DNA of 49,415 nucleotides from positions 16,284,374 to 16,333,788 of the forward strand of contig NC_069001.1 in the NCBI RefSeq assembly GCF_001194135.2, read 5' to 3'. Within the stretch, counting starts at the first letter, position 1; each line of letters starts with the position of its first letter. Made by a program: the position numbers and the translations under genes. Positions 12,141-22,890 of this stretch are shown here, piece after piece. Origin of the DNA: Octopus bimaculoides. Its lineage: Eukaryota. The notes under the pieces were generated by a model. The model did no database searches, was not told the DNA's origin, and saw only the letters and a program-made list of their open reading frames with translations.

Positions 12141-12590
12141 CCGGGTGTCACAGAATTAATTACTTCAATGAAATCGAACATTTAAATTAAAAAAACTCAC
12201 TTTGATTTATGTTTATCATGCTTAATGCGTGTTACAAGTATATTCATTTTTTAATTTTGTTTATGATTTTATGGTCTTCAAAAAAAATTTATAACTTTAT
12301 TTTCATTCCTGTTGGATCTCGTTTAACTGTCCACGACAGCTTTGTTCAGTTTGACTGCAATCAATTTCCCTACCACCATTCCACAGGATAATAATTTTGC
12401 TGAACTAAAGAAAGCATTTAGTTAGCAGTGCAGGAGGATAACTCCCGAAATGCTTCAAAATGTGTTTTGCAACGCTAAGGATAGATTTCAAAATCTGTAG
12501 GAATACAAACGGAACACATGTTGAAACATTTCAATAAAGTTTTGACGTAAGATTTATAAATTTATTTGTTTTGATAATTAAGTTATAAAT
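12141..12590 (+). mobile_element. Internally deleted Tc1/mariner-superfamily element (DD37D/maT-like)
   Basis: TA|CCGGGTGTCAC 5' end. The 3' part reads NNFAELKKAF..RRITPEMLQNVFCNAKDRF..CRNTNGTHVE, like the C-terminus of this transposase group (..LK..I......I..EML.NV....R...C....G.H.E). No 3' TIR found. Confidence 0.6.
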
Positions 12591-12592
12591 TA

Positions 12593-13055
12593 TCCAGAAG
12601 TGATGGAAAGAAACCAGATGGTCTTACCTTCTCCACTGGGTAAGAGGTAGGTGCCTCATCTGGGAGGGACGTCACGGTCTGTGACTCTTTTGCTCCCTCC
12701 TACGTCCTGGATGCTGTGGTAAATGAGAGGGTTACTGCTTCCGCAGCCGTGCGGAATAAAACCCTGAAGTATAAGGACTTGGCAGTGAACTATCCTAAAT
12801 TCTATCCTGTGGCGTTTAAGACGTTTGTAGGGACTGAGCCACTAACAACGAAGTTCTTGTCATTGTTGGCAGCTCACCTCACCGTGAGGTTGCTTGGTTT
12901 TTCCAACACCTTAACCTCGCCATCGCTCGTGGTAATGTCGCGAGCGTGCTGGCTTTCTTCAGTACGTTCCGTTGAACTTTGCGGTGTGCGACCAATTGAA
13001 GCACTCGCTGTATTGATGTTTTGTTTTTTTTCTTTTCCTTTCTCCCTTTTCTGTT
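12593..13055 (+). mobile_element. 3' end of a CRE-clade (restriction-like endonuclease) non-LTR retrotransposon
   Basis: With frameshifts: RSDGKKPDGLTF..W..GRCLIW.DVTVCDSFAPSYV...AAVRNKTLKYKDLAVNYPKFYPVAFKTF...AWFFQHLNLAIARGNVASVLAF* (stop 12973-12975). This is the PD..D..K-K-Y RLE layout with the terminal 'QRLS.A..RGNA..(V/I)L' motif typical of CRE-like elements. Confidence 0.8.
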
Positions 13056-13295
13056 TTTAACCTTGCGCGCGTAAGCGAAAGCAGGGTATTGTCAGCACTC
13101 ATCTTAGTCTGTTTATCTGTGTGTTTCCAAAATTACTGGAAAACGGCTGAACGGATTTTCATCACATTTGGCAGAAATACTCATTGGATAAATGGCTCGA
13201 AATGATGAACATTTGGTTTGATTATCTTTAGAAAAAAAATCGACCTTACAAATTTCCCGATAAGCAAGTGGTCATTATTTTGTTCACCTTTTTCA
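13056..13295 (+). mobile_element. Non-autonomous Helentron/HINE-like element
   Basis: Follows a T-run. 5' hairpin 'ccttgc..gcaggg' then 'tattgt'; internal motif 'aaaacggctgaacggattttcatcacatttggcag'; 3' 'gcaagtggt' is roughly complementary to 5' 'accttgc'. Confidence 0.5.
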
Positions 13296-13332
13296 TATAA
13301 ATCGACCCTCGTCGTGTGCATAGATCGTGGTG

Positions 13333-13782
13333 GGTAATCTTCCAGTTTAGGGAGGTAAAAAAGTAAATAAAAATACAAGGGAAATAACTTAACGTCTTAC
13401 TAGTATTATCCGTACTCTCCTCACCCCTACCTTCACGAGCGCGCATTTCTTTCTTCATATTTGTTCACAGCAAGTTGTTTTACACCTATTACACTAATTT
13501 TTTTTTTATTTTTGAGCTCGGGTCAAACGCTTTAGTTTGACCGCTATTTCCCTATACTGGAAGATTACCATAAGTTGTTGTGCAGCCGGTTCTATGATAT
13601 TCAATCACGTGTGTGATTTATATATAAACAGTTAACTTCTATCTCGTGTGTGATTTATTTATAAACAGCTACAAAAAAAAAACACACATTTCAGAGTAGT
13701 ACGGATAATACTAGTAAGACGTTAAGTTATTTCCCTTGTATTTTTATTTACTTTTTTTACCTCCCTAAACTGGAAGATTACC
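13333..13782. mobile_element. Mutator-like (MULE) MITE with 84/85-bp TIRs and a perfect 9-bp TSD
   Basis: TIRs 13333-13416 and 13698-13782 (GGTAATCTTCCAG...CTGGAAGATTACC) are identical except for one base in a homopolymer run. TSD ATCGTGGTG at 13324-13332 and 13783-13791. Confidence 0.9.
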
Positions 13783-13914
13783 ATCGTGGTGTACCTATGC
13801 GCGTACGTACGTACATACATACATGTGTGTGTACAGTGATGGATTCGAGGGTTTCGTTTATTTACGACTTGATTTCTTAATTTCACCGGAATATAAATAC
13901 ATATAATGGTGATA

Positions 13915-14960
13915 CTTCAAGTCATCATCATTACTGAAAGTTTTAGCATTCAAAGAATTTTGCAAACTTCGAAATAAATGATAATCTGATGGTGCAAAGT
14001 CAGGGCCATATGGTGAATGTGACATCACTTCCCAACCAAGCGCCAATAATTTTTCAAGAGTTAGCAAAGACGTATGTGGTCTAGCATTGTCATAGTAGAA
14101 CACGATTCCTTTACGATTTGCCAATTCTGGCAGTTTTTCTTTGATTGTTTCCTCCAATTTCATTAGTTGTTGGTCGTTTGGTTCCTTGGAAGCAGCTCAA
14201 AATACACAACACTTTTGTAATCCCACTAAATTGACAGCATGATCTTTGTTGGATGCAATTCAGCTTTCGATGTTGTTTGTGCATTACGTTTGAACCATGA
14301 TCGTTTTCGATTGATGTTATTGTACACGGATCTATTTTCGTTAAGAAAATACTGTGGCCCCCGTTTTAAAAAAGATCCCATATCGCAAATATTGATTCAT
14401 AGTGTTACATGAATCTCTTTCAATTTATGTGGAACACAAATATCGAGCGTCTAAACAAGTCCAAGACATTTTAAGTGGTTTTCAATTGTTGTGTGTGATA
14501 TATTTAACCTCTTTGCAATCTCTCGCACAGTTAGATGACAACCAGATTCAATTATAGCTTTGATTCGGTTATCAACTTCCGTAGGTTGACCAGAACGTTG
14601 GTCATCTTTGAGTGAAAAATCTCCAGAACGGAATTCTTTAAACCATTTCTGATATGTGACTCCTGCTAAGAAACCAACACCATAAACTTCACATATCTCT
14701 TTGTTAGCCTCAGCAGTTTCCTTGCCTTAACGGAAATAAAAAAGCAAAATATGGCGAAAATGTTTGTTTTTGCACTCCATGTTAAAATTGACACTGAACT
14801 AACATCTGTAAACAAAATTACGTGCAATTTGCTTCTTAAAGTAAACTAAAATTAACGGCTATCAAATGTCAAAATGGAAAAAATCATAACATTGACAAAA
14901 GTCATTAAAAAAAATGTAACTCTATTTGTGAAAAACGAAATTACTTTCTCGCTAACCCAG
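13915..14960 (-). mobile_element. Near-full-length decayed mariner transposon (mellifera-like)
   Basis: TA|CTGGGTTAGCGAGAAAGTAATTTCG 5' TIR at 14960. The transposase from ATG 14780 (MECKNKHFRHILLFYFR*GKETAEA) runs through KAELHPTKIMLSI*WD, YDNARPHT and HSPYGPDFAPSDYHLFRSLQN. It has stops and an internal deletion, and the 3' TIR is missing. Confidence 0.92.
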
Positions 14961-16539
14961 TAAGTCATTCCTTGTTCCAGTTTCTTTTATTTGTTTTCTT
15001 TTTTTTACTTTCAGCAATAAACAATAATTTTTAAAAANNNNNNNNNNNNNNNNNNNNNNNNNNNNNNNNNNNNNNNNNNNNNNNNNNNNNNNNNNNNNNN
15101 NNNNNNNNNNNNNNNNNNNNNNNNNNNNNNNNNNNNNNNNNNNNNNNNNNNNNNNNNNNNNNNNNNNNNNNNNNNNNNNNNNNNNNNNNNNNNNNNNNNN
15201 NNNNNNNNNNNNNNNNNNNNNNNNNNNNNNNNNNNNNNNNNNNNNNNNNNNNNNNNNNNNNNNNNNNNNNNNNNNNNNNNNNNNNNNNNNNNNNNNNNNN
15301 NNNNNNNNNNNNNNNNNNNNNNNNNNNNNNNNNNNNNNNNNNNNNNNNNNNNNNNNNNNNNNNNNNNNNNNNNNNNNNNNNNNNNNNNNNNNNNNNNNNN
15401 NNNNNNNNNNNNNNNNNNNNNNNNNNNNNNNNTCTTGCAACCTTTTCAATAAAGGGTCAACAACTATTCTTTTCTGCTCTAGGCACAAGGCCCGAAATTT
15501 TGGGGGATGGTGCCAGTCGATTAGATCGACCTCGGTACGCAACTGGTACTTAATTTATCGACCCCGAAAGGATGAAAGGCAAAGTCGACCTCGGCGGAAT
15601 TTGAAATCAGAGCGTAAAGAGGGTCAATGACTATTGAAAAGGTTGCAAGACGCAACGAAAATTTTAGAAAAATAAATAAGTAAATGAGTGGAAAGTTTAC
15701 CAGTGAGTGTGTTAAATTATAAGGCACTAAAAGAGAATGACTCTCCTTAAATACAACAGAATATGCTTGTCTTATGTTTATAGTTGAAAGAATTTTTATT
15801 ACTTTCCAAAATCGCATTCTACGACACTTGAGTCATACATCCGAAGAAATTATGATTTTGGTTCAAGGTACAGTTCCACTGCTTGGCACCTTGAGCAAGT
15901 GTCTTATACTATAGCCTCGAGCCTACCAAAGCCTTGTGAGTCGGTTTGGTAGACGGAAACTGAAAGAAGCCCGTCGTGTGTGTGTGTGTGGCGTGCTTGT
16001 CTCCCACCACCGCTTGACAACCAATGTTGATGTGTATACGTCCCTGTAAATTAGCAGTTCGGCAAAAGTCACCGATAGAATAAATGTCACGCTTAAAAAA
16101 ACTTGAAAGTACTGGGGTCGATTCATTCGACTAAAATTTTTCAAGGCAACGCCCTAGCATGGCCACAGTCTAGTGACTGAAACAAGATAAAAGATTGGAT
16201 AATTTCCGACTCTATTTTTTAGGATTGCCCAGAAGTATATTTACTCAGTACTTTAGCTTGGTTGAAGACATAAAACTTGTCTTCTATCATAATTTCGTTC
16301 CCGTATCTATATCAGATCTAATCTTTTCAGTTCAACCTTAAATTTTGTAAAAATCGAATTGTGAAATGCAAATTTACATTTAAAGAATTCGTTTTCAAGC
16401 TTAACAACGTCTTTACTGAACGAGTTCGCCCAAGGATTAACTAAAACACTGAAAACAAGCATATCTGTTTAGGACTAACTTATGAAAATGACTTGGACAG
16501 GCAAATATGTCCTGCTGTTGTACATATGTTACACTAAGC

Positions 16540-18250
16540 AGGCAAAGAGTTACTGGCGATCAACCTGTCGGTGAATGTTTTCTTTTTTTTTTGTGGTGTA
16601 TTTTTTATGTTGAATCACAGCAAAGGAGCGTTGAAAAATTTAATTAATAAAGGTAAGCGACAGCTTGAAAAAAAATGAGAAGCCACAGCTTCAGATGAAA
16701 GGCTGACGACTAAGTGCCACACAGATAAACCAATAAACAATATAGGGCTTTCCTATAAGTAGGTTATCTCCCTTGGCTAGGCGGCGCTCCATGTAGACAA
16801 ACTTCCGCAGACTATCCACGCTATTGTTATTGTTTTACGGGATAATTTTTAGTACCGAGGTCAAACTTCAAGGACATAAGACCTTGTAATGATACAGCAA
16901 TACTGACGAAAATAATTAATCGTTTATTTTACAAATTCATATTTATACATAAATTTTGAGATGGAATAGATCCCATATTTTTCTGAAGTTCATTTTTGGG
17001 TGGCGGTGATGGTAGGGGAAATTCATTTGGGTTTTTAGAGACTTTGTCAGCTAAGGACTTCAAATTTTAATACGAGTGAGATTTTGCCCACCAAGTGAGG
17101 ACTTCCCAACTCGTGGTCACTGAATTTGTTAAAAAATAACAACCAATTCTTTTTCCGTTCACGGTGTTGTTTAACCCCAAGACAAACACGATTGATTAAA
17201 TAATCCAACCACAATCATCACGTCTTCTTTTTTATATATATATCACAAACTGCTACATCGTCCAATGAGTCCTTGCTTCGTTTTTACATAAGTGTAGTAA
17301 GATTTGAGGGGTATTTGACTGCTATTTCTAGAAGGTCGAGCTACTACATTTAGTAGAGTAGCCCCTTGTTGTTTCTATAGGGACTAAAATAAATACGGGG
17401 ATCTATCTGTATGATTACCTAAAAAAAAGTCTTCAAAGTGATAACGCCCCAGGATGGCCGCAGTCCTATTCGACTAAAAAAAAAAAACAGTAAAACAATA
17501 AATGAACTGCTGTGTTATATGACAAAGTAGCCAAACCACATTGTTTCAGGACCGGCCGGCTCTGAGCTAAACCAGATCACTTCCTTTCAATTAAAGTTGT
17601 TGCAGTAGCAAGCTATCATCACACAACGAAATTCCTACGATCGATAAATGCCAAAAATACATCAGAAACAATGAAAATAAACATCGTAAAAACTAAATTT
17701 AAGCAACACACACACTAAGGATTTCCTTTCAAAAAAATATATATATAATACTAATTAGAAAAAAAAATGAAATATTATAAACGCACTTAATTCAGCTTAA
17801 ATCAACAAATATGGGCTTCATTGGTTTCGCATTGAATACTTTGAAGAGAAAACCACGGCCGTTGGGTTAACGAAGGCACTATGACCTATCGTTGCTGTTT
17901 TTGGCTTACCTGACTTAAGTGCATTTAGTTTTTAATGAAAATACTTGATGACTAATGCCTGAATATTTCACATCTGACTTTTATATAAATGTATTTTCTG
18001 CCTAATCGACCACAACGGACTTCGTTGTTGAATCGAAACATCAAACACCAGTTTCCACCGCCATCCCGCCCTAATTCACATGGAACCCTCCTCTCCCTCC
18101 ACCTGGTCCTTAGTCAATTTAGGAAAGCAAAACACGGAAGGTTTTGTTACTCTGAGACGCCAGCTGCATGAACACCAATAGTTAAGTAAGGGTAAACATT
18201 TTTGGGTCTGCTATATAGTTGTGTAGAGGCATATACACCTGGAGTGGGGC
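16540..18250. promoter_or_regulatory. Candidate promoter/5'-end zone, possibly bidirectional
   Basis: Non-repetitive and CpG-retaining, at the edge of a CpG-depleted domain. Contains CCGCCAT (YY1-like, 18058-18064) next to the GC box CCCGCCC (18065-18071), and strong donors on both strands: + AAG|GTAAGC at 16652/16653 and - CAG|GTAAGC at 17910/17909. Motif-level evidence only. Confidence 0.35.
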
Positions 18251-18277
18251 TAACTCGAGGGTTACCCCGGGTGGCGT

Positions 18278-18667
18278 GGAGGCGCAATGGCCTAATGGTT
18301 AGGGTAGCAGACTCGTAGTCATAGGATCGCGGTTTCGATTCCCAGACCGGGCGTTGTGAATGTTTATTGAGTGAAAACACCTAAAGCTCCACGAGGCTCC
18401 AGCAGGGGATGGTGGCGAACCCTGCTGTACTCTTTCACCACAACTTTCTCTCACACTTACTTCCTGTTTCTGTTGTGCCTGTAATTCAAAAGGTCAGCCT
18501 TGTCACACTGTGTCATGCTGAATATCTCAGAGAACTACGTTAAGGGTACACGTGTCTGTGGAGTGCTCAGCCACTTGCACGTTAATTTCACGAGCAGGCT
18601 GTTCCATTGATCGGATCAACTGGAACCCTCGTCGTCATAAGCAATGGAGTGCCAACAACAACAACAA
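18278..18667 (+). mobile_element. Full-length tRNA(Arg)-like SINE (family C variant) with TSD and (AAC)n tail
   Basis: Head 'ggaggcgcaatggcctaatggttagggtagcagactcgtagtc..ggtttcgattccc' carries A and B boxes. Flanked by CCCCGGGTGGCG (18265-18276) and CCCCAGGTGGCA (18668-18679). Confidence 0.9.
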
Positions 18668-19372
18668 CCCCAGGTGGCACACATATACACACACTAATTA
18701 TGCCATTGGCCATAAAAATTGCACAAAACAATTACCTAAGTTCACCTCACTTGGAAATGAGGCAATGGCAACATGAAGGGCAGCTGCTTAAAAAAAAATT
18801 CTTCCTCCAATCTGACCCATGCAAGTATGACAAAATAGATATTAAAATGATTGCAATGATGACTTGTGGGATGGCAAATACGGTAGAATAACAGGTTTAT
18901 ATTGTTTTGTTTCATTGGTTTGTGTTGGGAGTTAAAATTCCTCTGCCAGGAGTGATTTTTGCATTTTCTTTTTATACACCTGGGAGCATTTGCTATTGTT
19001 TTGTCATTTTGCCTCAGGTCAGCACTAAGTGAACAGTGCTATGATCAAAGGCAATCCAACCATAACCAACTCATCTTTTTCCAAAGTGTAATAAACACAG
19101 GACTATTATCCAACATATAATTTTTCCTGAGACAGCAAGATGTAATTTGAGTGATATTTGGTTACTATTTTAAGCATGTTACGCAATCACATAGAGACTT
19201 CCTCATTAGTTTATTCTTCTAGAATAAAAAAATTAGACACCAGTCTATTCCTGACGGCTCAGTTTGGCAGAAGAAGGGTCATACTGGTGACCTTTATACA
19301 GAACCTCCAAGATTGATGAGGGAGAAATAGAGGAAGAAATCAGAGGCTTAGTTTAAATACTGTAACTGAGAG

Positions 19373-19528
19373 ACCCAAGGGCCAGATGGTTATATTAATA
19401 ATGTTGTGCAAGAAGAGCCCCCTGTTCAAAACACCCAAGGACCAAATAGTTATATTAATAGAACAGACAAATTCTGCAACCAAAGGCCTTCACTCAAAGC
19501 ACTCAAGGACCAGATGGTTATATTAAAG
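19373..19528. repeat. Three 28-bp direct repeats separated by unrelated spacers of 32 and 40 bp
   Basis: acccaagggccagatggttatattaata (19373), acccaaggaccaaatagttatattaata (19433), actcaaggaccagatggttatattaaag (19501). Confidence 0.75.
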
Positions 19529-20643
19529 GAATGTCGTTCGATTATCAATGTCTATTCTGCAGGTTTACATATTTATAGTCATGTACTAATGTTAGAGACT
19601 ATTGCTAAAGGCTATCAGCTAACTCTGAGTTAAAACAAATGTATAAATTAGCCTTGAAATTATGAATCTTCCCCACTTAAAATGTTTCTTAAATCCATTA
19701 ATTCCTGTCTGGATAATATTTGAATCAGACTTAATATTATTCTCTAATCTCACAACAAGAAATGGATTACAAAATTGATTTGCTGGTTAAGCAAAACGGA
19801 TTCAAAAATTTTCAGATAAAATAAACAATTTCTATACAATGAGTTCATGTGTGTGTGTGGTGGTGGGGAAATACAGTTGTTCAATATGAGAATATGAATA
19901 TATTCTTAAAAGAAATAGAGAAATGGAAAGAATATTCCACTCATATTAAGCAACTGTATATCTACTTTTGCCCACCCCTGCATATAAATATATGAATTTA
20001 TGATGTGTATGATGTATGTATATAAAAGTTTTTAGGGGGTTAGCTTTGAGAATTACATTCCCTCACGTTTGGTAAAAATGTACTTATTATGGTAGTTTGA
20101 CTTTTAGAGACAAATTGTGGGAAAGATGTGCCAAACAAAATGGGTGAATATTCTAGTAACCATCCAAGAATCTATGCAGATGTAACATCCATGCAGGACT
20201 TGGCAGTAATGGCCACAGAATCATAACACATTAAGTTGATATTGGCAACAAGTGAACGATTTGAGCAACAAGAATGCATGTGCTCCAGTCTAGTGAGATA
20301 CCCACTCACTGGCAATATTGGACTGGATTAACACCTCAGCTACCTTTTTCAATCTTCACATGACCCTCTCCTCTGAGATAAATACTGCTCTCAACATCAG
20401 CAACTGAAGGAAATCATATGCTATACATGTTGGTCATCTTTTTGTCATTTGTCTTTTACATGTTTCAGTCATTAGACTGTGGCCATGCTGGAGCACCACC
20501 TTGAAGAATTTTTAGTTAAATGAATCAACCCCAGTACTTATTTTTTAAAGGTTGATACTTATTCTGTCAGTCTATTTTGTGAAACTACTAAGTTACAGGG
20601 ATATAAACACACCAACATTGGTTGTCAAGCAGTGGTGAGACAT

Positions 20644-20674
<31 letters not shown>

Positions 20675-21364
20675 CAGCGGGCTTCTTGCAGTTTCTGTCT
20701 ACTAAATCCCCTCACAAGACTATAATAGAACACACCTGCCCAAAGTGCCACACAGTGGGACTGAACACAGAACCATGTGGTTGGGAAGCAAGCTTCTTTC
20801 CACACAGCCGCTACTGTTTTTTTTATTCTGTTTAAACCCAAGCTTATTAAATCAGCTGGTGGTCAGCACTGATAAAACTGATAAAGCCATTCCAGAGAAT
20901 GGTTATTGATTTTCATAGGTTCTCTTATCTTAAAGTAAACAATCTCTCCTGGTCAATCGATGAATATAGTCTAGTCATGCAGCTTTTCTATTTGCTTTCT
21001 CCTGTACAGATATGTCCAACAGGTCATTAACTATTTCCAACAATTATTTCAAATATTTGTGTTCAGTCAAACTGTTTTATCAGATAGCGCTGATATCTCA
21101 TCCATATCAATTGATGTCCATTGTTGTGGCTTTCATGCCAAGTCATCCTTAAAGGAATTAACAAATGAGAAAAAGTAGTATGGCAGCATTTCAAAATGAA
21201 AATAATGTAAAAGAAAAAAGACATCTTATCAGGAAAACTATGCAAAATTCTGTCATATAGATTAGCTTTATAGATTAGCTATGCTAGGAAACAGTATGGA
21301 CATTTTTCATATGTGATGGTGTTGCTCAGTTTAACACCATCATCTGGTTCTGGGATGTCTTTAA

Positions 21365-21584
21365 CCTTTCAGTATTTAAACCAGCCATATACAGCCCAAA
21401 TATTCTACTTGTTTTACATTCAAACTAACCAGATCTGGTATCTCATACTTACCTTACAATGTCATTCTAAAAATAAGCAATCACATCATCAAAATCTTGA
21501 AGCTACAAGGTAATGCATGATTAACTCAAAACAATGTGGATAAACAAGCATTACATTTGACAGAATTATCTGAATGCTAAAGGG
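21365..21584 (+). mobile_element. piggyBac-like MITE
   Basis: TTAA on both sides (21361-21364, 21585-21588); degenerate TIR CCCTTTAGCATT/AATGCTAAAGGG. A second copy lies at 38289-38488. Confidence 0.85.
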
Positions 21585-21926
21585 TTAAGACAGTCCATTC
21601 TATTGCATGCATTCACATCAGGCCTTCAGTCTGGACAGAAGTATCAGGAAAATATAAAGGCCCTAACTAGACATTTAAAAAAAAAATTATAAAATGAACT
21701 ACAAATGAACAGTATATCTTAACATTTTTGATACCAACCCACTGAAACCATCCTTGATTCTATGATACAAACATTCACTTTGTCTAACAATCTAATGACT
21801 TGGCCTGAAATAATATCTTATGGATTCCTGACTCATTATTACTTATATAATTTCAAGGCAATCTATCTATCTGTATCTACCTATGTATCTTGATGTATAG
21901 ATACCTGCCTGTCGATCTTTATCTCC

Positions 21927-21959
<33 letters not shown>

Positions 21960-22193
21960 GATATAGATAGATAGATAGAGAGAGAGAAAATAATTAAGAT
22001 AGTACTGATGTAAATTGTGCTAAAAAAAATGGTTTATCCTTTATATTGGAAATTTATATGGTCATCTGCTCTGAGGAGAGCGGTTTCTTTCAAATTGATG
22101 TAATGTTTGCATTCGTGGATTAAATGGAGCCACATGAAACGGCTGTAATGCATTGATACCTGGACATCCTTGTTACTTGTTTGCTTTATATAC

Positions 22194-22224
<31 letters not shown>

Positions 22225-22579
22225 GTGAGAGAGAGAGAGAGAGATAGAGAGAGAAAGAGAGAGAGATAATGAGGCAATTGAGAGAAAACTATGACTAAAA
22301 AAATTATTCAGAAAATGAATATTCATGTATAAATATATAGATATTTATATATCAACAGAGCAAACTTAAGCAGCTACAAAGACACAGAATTTATTTATTT
22401 GCTTACTTGCATCATTATCTCCATAGCTGTTCGCCTGGATTCTTCTTATAGCCACTCTTTATCCCAACAAATAAGTCTTTGGTAAAGATCTCAGACTGTA
22501 AATTCAAATCATTTGAGCACTACTAAGTGTTTTCTATATTGAGCATCTCTGGATCTCATCTGTCGACAGTCCATGTGTG

Positions 22580-22890
22580 CGTGTGTGTGTGGATTGCCCC
22601 ATCAAAGACGACACATGAGCATTCAACTTTTATACCAAACGACCTGCACCAATGATTTGTTTAAAGTGATCAAATGTATGTGCTGTACATTAGCTCATTC
22701 CCTCCATCAAATCAACATTATCTGAACAGGTGCACAAGTGTACCACACATCAAGTGCTGAAGTGATTGCAGAGCAATGTAAGATGAAGTGTTTTACTCAA
22801 GAACACAGTGCGCAACCTAATCTAGGAATTGAAATCATGATCTCACAATTGTGAGTGCAATACCCTACCCACGAGGCCAAGCATCCTCAT
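22580..22890 (-). mobile_element. tRNA-derived SINE (family D)
   Basis: The reverse complement begins 'atgaggatgcttggcctcgtgggtagggtattgcactcac..gatttcaattcctag'. The body is shared with 48750-49040. Confidence 0.75.

Noticed and set aside
18278-18350. tRNA gene (also 44748-44820 and other tRNA-like heads)
   Set aside because: A and B boxes are present, but there is no complete cloverleaf or acceptor stem. Each continues into a SINE body with a tail and TSD.
19373-19528. CRISPR array
   Set aside because: Only three degenerate repeats, unequal spacers, no palindromic repeat, no cas genes, and a clearly eukaryotic context. Kept only as an unexplained repeat.
20880-21165. - strand peptide LLEIVNDLLDIS resembling a histidine-kinase HisKA helix
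   Set aside because: No H-box or ATPase domain, stops and a frameshift on both sides, and a short amphipathic match is expected by chance. It may be an unidentified coding relic.
21430-21480. Perfect-looking 14-nt - strand microexon (ttttag|AATGACATTGTAAG|gtaagt)
   Set aside because: It lies inside a piggyBac-like MITE, and the second copy lacks the donor. Most likely a chance mutation, although exonisation cannot be excluded.
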